DNA from: Mytilus trossulus | Lineage: Eukaryota | Assembly: GCF_036588685.1 (NCBI RefSeq) | Contig: NC_086373.1 | Span: 41,540,001-41,604,000 of the forward strand | DNA: 64,000 nucleotides | Direction: 5' to 3' | Part shown: piece after piece, positions 1 to 13,420 of the stretch | Layout of the letters: each line of letters opens with the position of its first letter | How positions within the stretch are numbered: the stretch's first letter is position 1 | The notes under the pieces: model-generated | Told to the model about the DNA's origin: nothing | Seen by the model: the letters and a program-made list of their open reading frames with translations, nothing else | Databases searched by the model: none | Position numbers and translations under genes: made by a program

Positions 1-379
1 TATACATTGTAATACTGAAATTTTTTCATTTTTTTTTTTAAATTTTCATTTTTTTATAATCCTGAAATTTTAAGACAACCAAAATTATAATGTATAATAC
101 TATTTTCATATTCAAATTTCAAAACAGAAACTACTGTAGATTGAGTTAAATGTCTTTTCTGTTGGTTATTTCCCCCCTTTTTTTTTTTTTATTTACAACA
201 GAATATGATTATAATTTACAAACAACAAGACTATGCTTTCCAAAACAAATTCTGACCAACTTTATTATTTCAATTCTGAAGAAATTTTTTTAAATACACC
301 TTTCAAATTAATGTTTGAAATTTTTTAATTGTCATTCAAATTTGCTGGCATTCAATTATTTTAATCTGAAACTTCTAAC

Positions 380-3300
380 CTGAGTCTGATTGCTCTGATG
401 TTCATTTTTATTAGCTTGCATGGACCTAGTTATTCTTTTGGTAGGCAACTGGTCTTCTTTTTGGTTAGAATTTTCTTTCAGGCCTTTTTCTTCATCTTTG
501 TCTTCTCCCTGCTTAACTACTTGATTGTCTGTCTGTTTCTCATTTGTTTTCTCTGTATCCTATAAATGTATACAAACTCACTTGATGAACATTTCTATAA
601 AGGGAAAAAGCAAATGATATGTTGACTCAATGATAATTTTCTTGTCTTTCCTGTGTGTGATTTTGACAGTTAATTTGAAGTTTAGAAATTGAAAGAATTC
701 TAAATTCTTTAAAATGAAAACTACCATACAGTGACCCATAGTTGTTGACTTCTATCTCCTTGTCATTCTTGGTCTCTGAAGGAGAGTTGTCTCATTAACA
801 ATCATACCACATATCTTATTAGTTTTATATTAGCATAGACAAAAGCTGTGATTGACTGAAGGTGTCAAGCCATAATAAAGTAAATAAGTCAATGCTCATA
901 TAAATGCATACCAAATATTATTGACTTGTCATAAGTGGTTCATCTGAACTGACCTTGTTACAAACTTAAACATGTTCACAATGCAAAAAAATCAGTCAAT
1001 AGATCATGACTGAAGTGGTTGGGACACTTATTAGGTGTACTAATAATGATACAACATCATACCAAATATCATTATATTATCACAAAACCTAAAATCAAAC
1101 TTTGAAATATTGATGGGTCACCTGCCAATAGCACAGTAACTGGGTCCTGGCAGGGCAACACTACTGAGCATTAATTTTATTTCTTCATAGTTTATAGAAA
1201 TAAGTTTCTTTTACAATGCATCTTTTGTTTTGACACATTTCTTCTTAAAACAAATTGAAGCTTAGGAATTATGACTAATGACTACATTTAACAAAATGAG
1301 CACACCAAAATTTGGTAAGTACTTGGAAATTACATTTGAAGAAACTTGTTTATTTTCCTCTTTTGTGTTTTTCTTCTGTTCTGCTGTGCTTGCCCCTAAC
1401 TGTCCTGTATTTCCATCAGTACTTCCTTGCTCTCCTGTTTCTTGTATTCCATGTTTCTCAATAGACTGTGGGTTCTCCTGTAATTAGTTTAAAACATAGA
1501 CATATATAATACCAGTGATTGACAATTTACAGCTTTTAAATAAAATTGCAGCTGTTAAATAAAAACAAAACAGAGACTTGTTGCCAGTTACAGTGTTTGT
1601 AGACAAACAAATATACAATTATTAATGTAAAATATAAAAAAAAAGTATTTGCTTATAAATACATGTATCAAATTCTACATGAAATAGTTTTTTCTTCTTC
1701 GAAATTTACTTTTCTACTAGCAACATAAACAAGTAAACATACATGCTGAATTCCTTTATCACATTCATTATCTTCTCCTTTGATTTTTTTCATCTGTACC
1801 TCCTCCTCTACAAGTTTTCTCTTTGTTGGTTTCACATTTGTATTGACCAACTCTTCATTTGTACCCTGTCCATCGTCTACAGATTCAGTGTCAGATATGA
1901 GAATTACTTGAAGCTCAGTATCAGTTGTATCATCATTAGTTTCAGGTTTATGAACATCTCTATTAGATGGATTCTCTATAATATCTGCAGAGTTGAAAAA
2001 AAAATCTTTGAAGTAAAGTTTCCTATTAATCAATCCAAGAAAAAACTGACGTTATGATGCAATATATGAACTTAAATTTGACAATTACAGTACCAAAACT
2101 TTGGAAGGAGGAATCAGAGTAGCAAAAAATATATTAACAGAGCTTTTTTTTTTTATCAATCCCAACGATAATATAAAGTTTAATGGAAATCTATTGAGGC
2201 CCACTGAAGTTAGTGTGTGAAATGTGAGAAAAATACCTTCATTCATGAGTCAAAGTCCAATTAGTCTGGAATGACAAAGTCAAATAATTTCATACTCATA
2301 GGGGAGCATTCTTCTATCAATTCAAATGTTGTGTAAAAATTGCATGAAAGTTTGTTTAAACCAATTGGAATTATCCTATGAAGTGTTTATTGATGAATGG
2401 TAAGATGGGTTGATGGAAGGTTTCACATTGATATATTATAATAATAAATAATATGTCCAGTCTTCAACTGGCATATACAAATTAATGGTTTGTGTGTTTA
2501 TTTTCAAGATTGAACAGGATATTTGACAGGAAATAGTTCTCATTAACCTTTCATACATTAAACATTGGCACCTTTTTTCTCTGAAATTTACTTAAAAAAT
2601 AACAAGGGTTTTATAGCATTTTCAAATATGACTTTTTAAACAATATGTAATAAAATCAGAGGATTTCAAATATCTGCCAAAAATTTAACAACAAGAGGAG
2701 CTAACATCCTTAAATAAGCCTGTATGCTGATTTTTGAACATACTTTCTGTGGATTCATCTATTTTTGTGGGTACCAATTTTAGTGGATTAAGAAAAATTT
2801 CATGGATATTTGATTGTGTGGCTTTACAAAAGTTTGCATAAAGTCCTGTTGTAAATGTGTACTTTGTTGAACATTACATAGTGGCTCATTATTTGTGCCA
2901 TCTATTATAAATATATATATCACAGGCCTAAGAAATATTGGAAAGGCGTAAAAAAAAACTTTTTTTAAATCATATATATTGTAATATATGTACATATACA
3001 TACATGACATATATACAACCTTTTAAGTGAAAATGATGTTATCTGTTTAAAAACATGCCAGGAAATAAAGTTTTAAAATCACTTTAAACCTTTTCTTCGT
3101 TTACTTGCTACAAGACCAAGGTCTGTTCCAGAACTTCTTTTAATTCCGCTTCTGTGTAAATTTGATAAACTCCGCATGTCACCTGGTTGTCTTTCCTTTA
3201 TCTGTGTAAATTCTGCAGGGAAGGGATGAATAAAATGCATATTTTTTACTTTTTGTTGAACAAAATTAAACATCCTACATTACTGTTAATACACAACCAG

Positions 3301-6300
3301 ACCAATCTACAAATCTAACGCATGATGTGGCAAAGACTAGCGACACTTTTCACAAGAAATATAACAATAAAAATATATTCTTAGTTATAGTGAAAAGTAC
3401 AATTTTTTTTGTGAAATTGGTAGCAGAAGATGTAGAAAAGAAAAATTAGCCTCATTAACTGCTGAAAACTTATTACCCAGCCAAAATTTATCAATTGCCT
3501 TACAGGGGGTTATTTTCCCTTGGTGTAAATTTTTGTTTTTTTTCAAAATAAGTTCTGCCAATTTAAAGTGCAGATGCAATGGTATTGATAAAAGTTTGAA
3601 TTTGCCAAAATTATATTGGCCATGTTGACCCCCAAAATATTTTGTATATCTTATTCAATGACAATCTCAAATATTTAAATCCCTGAAAATAACCTGCTAT
3701 ATATACTGGATATATATACAATGGGAAGACTTTGCAACATCAGCAGGTCATCTCAAAAGTTTTATCTTACACATAAAGTGTCAAAATTCAAACATATAAA
3801 GGGTCTAAAGCTCATCATGGAAATGGGTCTGGAACTTGTATACCAAATCTCTATTTGGCATTGACTAGTATATCATTAACTTTTTCTGCCTACCCAATGC
3901 ACAATCTAGAGAGGGCAAGTTATATCTGTTTCATGTTTCATCTATACTGCAATTTTGACACTTAAGTTCAAATATATTTCTGAAGACTTTATTCTGCAAC
4001 AGTAGAAATTTTTTATCTATCTTAAATTCTTATTCCACAATTATTTGAAAATTTTCTTTAAACAAAAAATAACATACACATGGCAATTTCCTATTTCAGC
4101 AGAGATTGACCCTGAGTCTGAGTTACATGTATATTATTACAACATATCAATAAAAATATAAAACTCTACATAATGAAAGCTTTGAAGATGATCGTGAAAG
4201 CTCTAACCTATGAACCATTAAGCTATACTGCTGTGAATTATGAAGTACAAATAAAACGAGGTTGAAAATATATCTGCCTTTAACTGTTTGGAAATTTTGG
4301 CCTTGAATGCTCTTCAACTTTTTATATTCTTGGGTTTTTCAACATCTTAGATTGGACCATCAATTATGAGTCTTTCATAGAGGAAACAAGTGTCTGGCTT
4401 ATAAGTTTTAATCTTGGTACCAATGGTGAGTCTTTCTACACGCTGTACATATAAAATCTAACATTTTTAAAATTGAAAAAATATTACTATATTAACATTC
4501 TACTACATGTATTGCTAACTCGATTTATCACTGTATATTGTGCATATTTGATGGAGACTCTATTTGAGCTGCTATTTACATTTGTTTTAGTATTGACATA
4601 TATAAATAAGTTCAAAAATTAATTTCTAGCAAATAAGTAGACTGTAAGTGAAAATAAATTGTCTCAAACATGTCAAACAAAAACCTTCTATTGAATTATT
4701 TCAATAAAAAGAATGTGTCCCCGGTACAAGGATACTCCACTCCCATTATCATTTTCTATGTTCAGTGGACCGTGAAATTAGGGTCAGAACTCTAATTTGG
4801 AATTAAAGTTAGAAAGATTATATCATAAGGAACATGTATACTAAGTTTCAGGTTGATTAGATTGCATCAACAACTACGGACTTGACCAAAAACTTTTACC
4901 TGAAGCAGGACAGACAAACGAACAGACGGACGAAGGGACAGAGGCACAGACTAGAAAGCATAATGCTCCTCTACTGTTGTAGGTGGGGCATATAAAAACC
5001 TAAACCTTCTCTGGAATTATGAAGATAAAAATTTCAAATAATAAATGACAGCTTAAATTGCCTTGTACATGTTGTAGGACTAAATGTGAAAAAAAATTAA
5101 GCGATGTGATATGGTATAATATGATTCAAACAAATAAATAAGCAATTAAGCACTCTAGCACAACCAAAAAAGTTCCTGCATTGCACATTTTGTTCTAGAC
5201 AAATTTTACTGATACCTTTCTCTTTTAGTTCTTGTTTATTCCTATTACTCTCATTGTGTTTACTCTCATCACCTTGTAATTTTGTATTTTGATCATCCGT
5301 TTCTGCAAAATTGTTTGGTTTTTCTGAGTTCTGGTTACCATTGCTATCATGACTATTATTAGGGTTTGACAGGGGACCAGCAATTTGTGTCTCCATGTTT
5401 GTTATATCTGATTCTGAAATGTTTTAAATACAAATTACTGTAAATGGTCAAAGGTTTTACTGACATGACTGAGAACATTCCTTCTAAAGATAAATGATAA
5501 AATCCAGATAAAAGATTCAAATGAAACAGACAGTATATATGTGAACTTGAAAGCATAATAGTGCTAAATACTCGCTGATTAAAAATGTGAAAATAGCACA
5601 AAAATTAAAGAAAGACCATTCTCAGTCAAGCAGTTTGAGACGGAAGAAAGATCAATGAAAATTCAAGATAGTTGATAAAAAAATTTTTTTATATATAATA
5701 AGATGTGGTATAATTGCAAATGAACCAATTACTCACAATCATCAACCATGTGACAAACAAATATATCTTTGGAAAAAAATAATAATTGTATATTAACATC
5801 AGCTACTATAGATCACTTTGCAGACATGATTTTTGTATTGAATCAAATATTTAAGAAGATCATGAAGATTGTAATCAGTCCCTTCTTTAAAAGGAAGATT
5901 TAAGATACACTTGATTTAAAGTGGAACACAGGTGTAACAACTTTATAAAAAAAAAAACAACACCCACACTTATTGTTACATGATCCATTTTTTTTAAATC
6001 TTCTACTGACATTTCAACATTTATAAATAAATTTACATGGACTGTATTAACTACTTTGAGCTATTTATATCTTTCAAAATATAATTCTAGTGGTTATGTA
6101 ATTTACTTACTAACATAAGAAAACAATTGTGTATAAGACCCTATTATAACTTCCAGAGGCTGCTTAAGTCAGTCTTGTTAAGAAGGAAAAGGAATTGGGA
6201 AAAATTTATACTAATATCTATTCATCATTCAGAATACTATCCCTTGTCATTTGGACATACAGTTCCATACCTTGTAATTCACTGCTCTTCTTATCTGTTA

Positions 6301-9300
6301 GCCCTTGATCCCCATTGTCATTGGGACCAGAAAGTCCATTGTCTTCTGGTTCAACAGTTTTTTTATCTTCTAGATTTGGGCTCTCCTTGTCTACTGTTCT
6401 AGTATCTTCATGGCCTTGCGATCCATCACTCTCATGACCTCCCATCCCTGTACCAACCTTGTCATCTGGACCAATTGGTTCATTACTATGTGGTTTGTCA
6501 ATCACTTGATCTGGCAGCACTGGACTATCATTGTCTACTGGGCTAGAAAATGTACTGCTCTGCAGCTCACCAGTCTGTTGATCTGTAAGCCTAGGACTTT
6601 CCTCTTTCACAAGAGAAGTGTGACAATTGTTCTGCGGCTCACCAGTCTGTTGATCTAGTAACCCTGGACTAGCCTGTCCACCTCCTTGTGGTACACCACT
6701 CTGTTGATTGGTCAGTTTCAAACCCTCATTGTCTATTTTTGGAGCACAGTCTTTTCCAGTTTCTAAAGTCTTCATATCTTGTACATCAGTAGCATTCATT
6801 GGAACATTCAGTTCAATCTGAGCAGGATTCATTTGGCTACCAATCTGCTGTACACTTTCTATAAAAATGAAACATAATTTCAATTTACATGTTGATTGTG
6901 CAAATTCTTGCAAAAATAGGTATACAGTAATGTAATCAGTTGCTCTTTCTACCTGAAAATGTTTTTTTGAATTCTTTTCATTTTTCCTTCTTAGGTTGCA
7001 TATTGGCCATGTTGGCATTTATTGGATTTTTTTTTATTATGCCTTTGATCCTACTCCCTAACATTCTTTAGATCATGGACAGGATTTGGAATTTAGATTA
7101 AATATAAGGTAATAATGCAAAGAAACAATAACGCAATACCACAATTTCATATCAGTCCTTGTCTATTATCAATGAATGCATCTTCATTCATACAATCAAG
7201 CAACTATATCAGTATATATGCAACACTCAGAAACGTGTCCTTCCCCCCAAAAGTGTCCAATTCACCCAAATGTGTCCACATTCAGTGATATTGTCTTTCT
7301 TAAATTAGTGGAGAATACAGGCTTTTTCACCTGGAGAAGAATCTTAATTTGAAAAAAAAATGGCTTAAAATTATTCCTCAACAGACAACTTTTTTCCCAA
7401 ACAGTGCAGTCTCAGTAGTAATTGTGCATGAATACAAACTGAAAAACACTCATTTCAACATTTTTCTTGCCTAAAATGACTATATCTGCACATTTGAGGG
7501 TCTATTTATGTATAATCACTGACAAAATGGGGTCTTATTTTAAAGCTGGGTTTGGCTCTTGAAAATTGGTCTGTAAATAGAAGTTTTAGTCAAATTCATG
7601 GTTTATTTTAAATTTCCCAATAAAAAAGGGTAGAGGTAGTTTTGAAAAAAAGCCAACAATATCACTGACATTGACGTCACTGAACTGCAAAACATGTCTA
7701 GTTAAAAACATCGCCAAAGTGTGTGATTTGTAGAAATGCCCAAACGTGTACATTTCTCAACTAACCCCCAAACGTGTCCAAATCAAGCAGTTATTGCTAT
7801 TTCATTAACATATACTAATTCTACCATTTTGACCTATTATGTCTGCTTACATATATAAGAAATGATATAATTGCAATGTTTTATACACATGAAATAGTTA
7901 TACTACTGTAAATTCAGAAATTATTGCGAGGTTTTTATTATTGCGAATATTGCGACAGAATTGTAAACGCAATAATTAAAACTCGCATTTTGTAATATTT
8001 TAACTGAATAAAGCATGACTTTTCACAAAATCGTAAAAATTAAAATCGCATTTAAGTTAAAATTGACAAAATCGCAATAATAAATGCACGCAATAATTTC
8101 TGAATTTACAGTAATCATTTCATTTTATTTCATATCATTAACAAAACAAATAAACATTCTGATAAAAGGAATATAATTTTACTGTAAAACTAACCAACTT
8201 TTGCAAGCTATTCATTTCCTTGACTTGAAAAATTACGTAAACAGATTGCGGCAAATATGTAAAACTTGGATCCTTTTTATTCAACTACATCAAGAAAATT
8301 TGAAAATCCAACCAAATCACTCCAAAGTAGGCTAGAAAGGGACAAATACAATATTTGTGAAACTAAGATGGTATACAGTGATCTGACTATTTTAAAATTA
8401 ACCTTTTACAGGTTCAGTTTTATTAGCATTAGATGCCAGAGGGATGGTTGGAGCTTCCCATAAATCAGGACTGCAAGATCCTGAACTGCCATGTTCTTCC
8501 TTTATGGGAGGTGTAGTATTATCTTGGTTGTCTCCCTTCTGCTGAGTAGTTTGTAAATCTAATTTTAATGGTGCATCTCCTGGTAAAACAACTGTATCTA
8601 AAATAAAAGATTAAGAATAAAAATAAAAAGAAATTAATCAAAAACAATAAGTTTCCCATCTTTGTGAGGGACACTAAAATCAAATTGAACAAAAATGCAT
8701 GTCTTTACTTAAAATTCACAGAACTGGTAAATAGGAAGTAGGTGTTTTATAAATTAGAGATCTAAAAAGAGCACAAACAATGCAACCTTCACTATGACTA
8801 TAAATTTTGAAATCTGTTCTATTGGTTTAAGTTAATGAGAAAAGTTGTGAAAGTGTGATAACAAATTTTAAGTCAAATATAGTTCAACATATATTGGAAA
8901 TTTAAAATATTTGCAGATACGAAACAGTCAAAACATATAATAACTTTGTTCATCGGCTGGCATGAAATATAATATATCTTCCAACAATACTGTAATGTAC
9001 TCAAAATGTTTAATGGGTGTTGTTTTTAATAAGGATTGTCTGTTCAATTTTGTGAAAACAAAGTAAATAACAAGCGTCTTCTTGACTGAATGTGCATACA
9101 AATTCTTAACTTACTGCTTGTATCATGTGTATTAGAAGTGTCTTGAAGGGTTCCACAAGATGTGCAGAACTTAGTACCAGAAGTCAGCACTGTGTTACAC
9201 TTCTGCCCATTGTCTTTAGTACCATGGCAAATTTTGTCAATAAATAGAGCAGGGTCAATTTTTCCTCCACAGCTCTGACAGAATTTGCATCCTATGACTA

Positions 9301-9430
9301 CAATGTCATTACAAGATGGACAAAGTGTTGTCTTAACAGGAACTGGAGACTGTACTTCAGTACCACAACCGGTGCAGAATCTGGCTCCTGCAGGAATCTT
9401 GGCTCCACAGGATTCATGTGTGCATTTCAT
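380..9430 (-). CDS. 5' part of a multi-exon gene: N-terminal tandem zinc ribbons plus acidic low-complexity region; probable RNF213-like (mysterin-like) E3 ligase, continuing beyond the left edge of the window
   Basis: Coding exons (minus strand) 9430-9115, 8597-8403, 6858-6271, 5413-5216, 3212-3090, 1984-1743, 1477-1334, 559-380. All have AG/GT borders and compatible phases (1,1,1,1,1,0,0,0), and together give 662 stop-free codons. The N-terminus MKCTHESCGAKIPAGARFCTGCG...CPSC...FCQSCG...FCTSCG resembles the MxCPxC...KFCSQCG start of RNF213. No AAA+ or RING domain lies inside the window, so the family call is inference. Confidence 0.6.
4705..4998. mobile_element. Pearl/HINE-like (Helentron-type non-autonomous) repeat with GACA/GACG microsatellite
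   Basis: Core repeat followed by ggacagacaaacgaacagacggacg, a short terminal hairpin and an A-rich end, the architecture typical of bivalve pearl-like elements. Confidence 0.45.
6271..6858 (-). CDS. Internal 588-nt exon of the RNF213-like gene, with degenerate repeats (SPxLxDQQTGExQ)
   Basis: tttttatAG acceptor at 6859, GTATGG donor at 6270, phase 1-1; lies within ORF 6218..7018. Confidence 0.8.
7283..7667. mobile_element. Non-autonomous DNA transposon, 12-bp TIR CAGTGATATTGT, 5-bp TSD ACATT
   Basis: TIRs at 7283-7294 and 7656-7667; ACATT at 7278-7282 and 7668-7672. Confidence 0.75.
7906..8111. mobile_element. TA-flanked MITE (TIR CTGTAAATTCAGAAATTATTGCG)
   Basis: Perfect ~23-bp TIRs flanked by TA on both sides; related copy at 46354-46547. 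Confidence 0.85.
9115..9430 (-). CDS. First coding exon, three zinc-ribbon-like (CxxC...FCxxCG) units
   Basis: Acceptor ttttatttcAG ending at 9459, ATG at 9430, donor GTAAGT at 9114; three FCxxCG motifs. Confidence 0.85.
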
Positions 9431-9996
9431 TTTAGTTGATATATGACCTAGCTTCCACCTGAAATAAAAATAACCCAGATTAATAATATTATCACTATAT
9501 ATTTATTAGTGTTGTCAAATCGTATAGTTTTGACTAACTGGTAAAGTTCTCAGATAATCGATTGACCAGTTAACAGGTAGTTCAAGTTAACGACTGAAGG
9601 TGGATACAGAAATTTGCAAAAGGGAGGGGTGCAAGAGACTTCCTAGGAGGGTGTCTGCTCCAGTCATGCTTCAGTGATTCCCTAAATTATCAAACAAATT
9701 TTCCCCCAAAAAAGGGGGGATGGTCCACTTAATTAATTTAAAAATAGAAATTATCAGTGAAAATTAGTTCGGCCCGATTTTATTTCCTATATTTATTTCA
9801 GGAGACCTTTTTTCACAGATAGTCATATTTTGAATTTCTAGCAAGATTAATAGTTCATGACATTACGTCAGTCTTTAGAACTTGAAAGTACATAAAAATG
9901 TATATAATTCTTTGATGAGTTTACTATTATTTTATAAAAAGTAAAGGCTGGAATTAGAAAGAGACAAAACAATCAGCAATATTAGATACAATTATG

Positions 9997-11533
9997 CAAG
10001 GCCGTAACTACCCTTGAGGCAAGTGAGGCAATTGCCTCACTAAAATTTCGACACTGATTATTTTTTTCATACATATATATAAATATAATAGTAATTTGTT
10101 GTTCTGTCTCAACATTAATTTCTATAACTTGTCATCATTCCTTTTAAACTATTCTTCCTGAATGTAACCCAGCATCTCAACGGTGATGTTTCTGGATTAC
10201 ATAAACCTAGTAACGATAATCATCATGGATCTCTGGTTAAAACAGGCTCTTTCAGAAAAAGGGAAAGCGACACTGAAGGTAAAGAAAGAATAATTCTAGT
10301 AAACTAGTTTTTTGTGAACAGAGTTTGAGTATTGCATATAATTTCATTAGAACAATCCAAAAACGATAAGTAGACTGACAAATCAAGTACTGGGCATCGC
10401 AAGAGGCAGTTCTGTCTGCGTATTCATTTCACGAACTGAAATTTTTCTCTTTACAGATAAATAAAATATCAATAAAAATATATATGAAACATGCATGGAT
10501 TAGTTTTTATCCATGTTTCTTTAACCTTGAAAATTGAAAGAATATCCCATATTCCAATTTGATATTATTGAGGAATGGTAGAAACTTTAACACAGGATTT
10601 TGTCTTTTGATTAATTATTCGGGACTATGGAATTTCGTTTCATTATATTCGGGGTTTCAGACTCAGACACCCAACACCTTATATACTCCTAAATTTATAG
10701 TTTCTGGAACTAAAATACCACCAACTATAATAATTTGAAATTACGGACCTACATGTAAACGTCAACAATTCCATTCCAATTCCCCTGTACCCATATCATG
10801 TATGCCTACTCTATAGATAGAATCATATACATGTATCTTATCTCTCTATCCCAAGTGTGTCTTCTCTTTGTCAGCATAATAGTAGCGAGTTTAATATTTT
10901 GTAAATGCAACTTTATGATGGTGCTTAAAGGAAAGCTTAATTCCCTTTTGTAAACAAAACTGTTAATTTATAATGATATGCTACTATCGAATTGCTGATG
11001 GAGAAGGAATTGGAAGAAGACATTGATCATTGTGTTGATGATAATGTACTACCTTTAGAAACACAGACGGCACTGAAGCGACTGAAAACTTAGAAAATAG
11101 CATGCATGAGAAGCAAGAGATTGTGCGGTCTTGTCATGTTCCATGTTCATCTCGATAAGGATACTAGTATCAGTAGAACAAATTATGATTCTGAAACGAT
11201 TTGACTAAACCATTCATAGAAAAATTTGGCAAACTCTACTGAATCGAAGTTTGTTCTATGTTCTGGCAGCAGTCTCAAATCAGTGATGTTTAGATGATTA
11301 TCTTCCATATGAATTTTAATAAGTTGTTAAAAATTTTGTGTTAGTAAGTCTTAAAATATGATTTTTTTTTATAAAAAGTGTCCAAATTCAAAACATTATC
11401 AAACTCTCTAAAAATGCCTAGAATGCAGGATTTTGCACCATTCATTTCATACCCTCCAAAAAGAAATTTCGCCTCGCTTCGCTCGGCTCAATTATTTTGC
11501 CTCACTAAAATAAGATGCCTAGTTACGGCCTTG
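9997..11533. mobile_element. Non-autonomous DNA transposon (hAT-like), 14-bp TIR CAAGGCCGTAACTA, 5-bp TSD TTATG
   Basis: TIRs at 9997-10010 and 11520-11533; TTATG at 9992-9996 and 11534-11538; subterminal TGAGGCAA/TTGCCTCA repeats. Confidence 0.8.
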
Positions 11534-11702
11534 TTATGTGTTTACGTAAATAACTTTAATGCAATGTTTAATTGTTATATTTATTTACAAATATTCAATA
11601 TCAGAATATCATAATCTATATATATAAACATGCAATGGGTACTACAATAAAGCTGTTAATTCTCTGTTGGATTAAATGATTGTGAGGATTTTCAAAAAAT
11701 AT

Positions 11703-12173
11703 AAAAGTGAAAGTGAAACTAGATTTTGTGGAATAGATAGTAATTTTAAAGTTCTGCAAATTATACAAACTGCATGTTTAAAATATATTGAAATCGCCAT
11801 TGTTGTGACAATTTTATGAATGTTATCAAACTAATTATAATCAGTTTTTCCTCTCCACAAGAATGAAGATATCGAACGAAACCAGTTCCACTATTTATAA
11901 ATCAGTCATCTGTCCATCAAGATCCATCAAGGCATCATCATGACGACAAACTTACCAACAGATTAGAAGCAAATTTTTACATCTTCAACGTTTTTACAAA
12001 GATAGATCAATACAAAAGCATTGTCTTATAATTTGTGTTTCCAATCAGCTGTGTGCAATGTTCTTGTAGCTTGGAACTTTTCAATCCAGAAACGAAACAA
12101 CCTTTTCCATTGGTAGTTATGGGATAATAGAGTCATGTGTTTGATTTCCCGGGGAAAATCTGAAAGTGAAAGT
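11703..12173. promoter_or_regulatory. Putative promoter / non-coding exon 1 region of the RNF213-like gene with IRF-binding (ISRE-like) motifs
   Basis: AAAAGTGAAAGTGAAACT at 11703-11720, GAAACGAAAC at 12089-12098, GAAAGTGAAAGT at 12162-12173, and a kB-like near-palindrome GATTTCCCGGGGAAAATC at 12143-12160. A minus-strand donor G|GTAAGT at 11956/11955 is consistent with a non-coding first exon. Confidence 0.5.
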
Positions 12174-12715
12174 AGAATTATATAATAATACAATTTAGAT
12201 AAAAGACTTACATTAGATGCTGAAAATCTAAAATATTTTTTATTAATTTTAGAGATAAAACTAACCACTATGGTCATCCAACCATTATATCTTTTATTCA
12301 CAACAGATGCACGTGACGCACGAACACAAACTTACAAGTTTTAGCTTTCTAAAAACCTTTGAGGTGCTTTGCTCTGATTCAAAAAGTGGGAAGGGGGGGG
12401 GGGGGGGAGGGGGGGGCGGTTGAATAAAAATACTGAACTCTGTAATCAAATGAACAACAACTGGCATAAAGATTTGCCTGACTTGATCTCGTAGACTTTA
12501 TATAAAGGGAAAATAGTGGATTAATAAACCACGGGGGGGATCTTCCTAATGATTATAGGAAAATTCCATATAGATTCCTTCAGAAATTGCACTGTTTCAG
12601 AGTTCCCTCCCCTTAAAACGCCAATCTGAAACGTTAAATATCTAGCAAAAATAATGTACACGTGTAAGCATATCAGTATTTTGTAAGTTAAAATCTTATA
12701 AATTTGTTCCTTTAA

Positions 12716-13294
12716 GGTAGCACAATACAACGATTTTTTCACTCCCAATCAGACAACTTAAAACTGATGTATTTCATTTCATCCTTATATACATTTTATA
12801 AATGAGAAACTAAATTAAAGAAGAAAGATTAATCGTTCAAATTGTGTTGAACAACACAGCTTGACCTCCAAAACAGATTCTCAAAACATCAAAAGAACAA
12901 ATTTTATACTCAATTGAATTTAGTGGTGTCTTATGAATTGATGTTGCAAACTTCATTGCAGATTTATGAGAGAATGCAATACAATAGGAAAAATCTGAGA
13001 CATAGTTTTGGACGTCAAACTGTGTTGTGCAAGAATCTATAAAATATTTTGGGACGCTATGCCATGATAACAAAGAAGCTAGATTCATTCAAGTATAGAC
13101 ATCACAATATGGCAACTAATTACATAAAAATTAATTATGTAATAATTATGTCATAATGAAATTATCACAATTTGAAAGATTGATCCTTCTTCTTTCTTCT
13201 GGTACCTCATTTCTAAAATTCAAAAAAGATGAGTGGAATTACATCAGTTTAAAGATGTCTGATTGGAGATGAAAAATCTTTGTATTGTGCTACC
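12716..13294. mobile_element. Kolobok-type non-autonomous DNA transposon (TTAA target)
   Basis: TIR GGTAGCACAATACAA...TTGTATTGTGCTACC with further imperfect pairing; TTAA at 12712-12715 and 13295-13298. Confidence 0.8.
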
Positions 13295-13420
13295 TTAAAT
13301 GAACATTCAAATTGGTTACCTACAATTGCTATCTATATTATCATTATGCAATCAAATTCTGCAGCTGTTATCTAATAGTTCGTTTCTATGTGTGTTGGCA
13401 TTTCTTTTTGTTGCACTCTT

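Noticed and set aside
12386-12417. Poly-G tract as a functional G-quadruplex
   Set aside because: Simple homopolymer of uncertain length; no supporting evidence.
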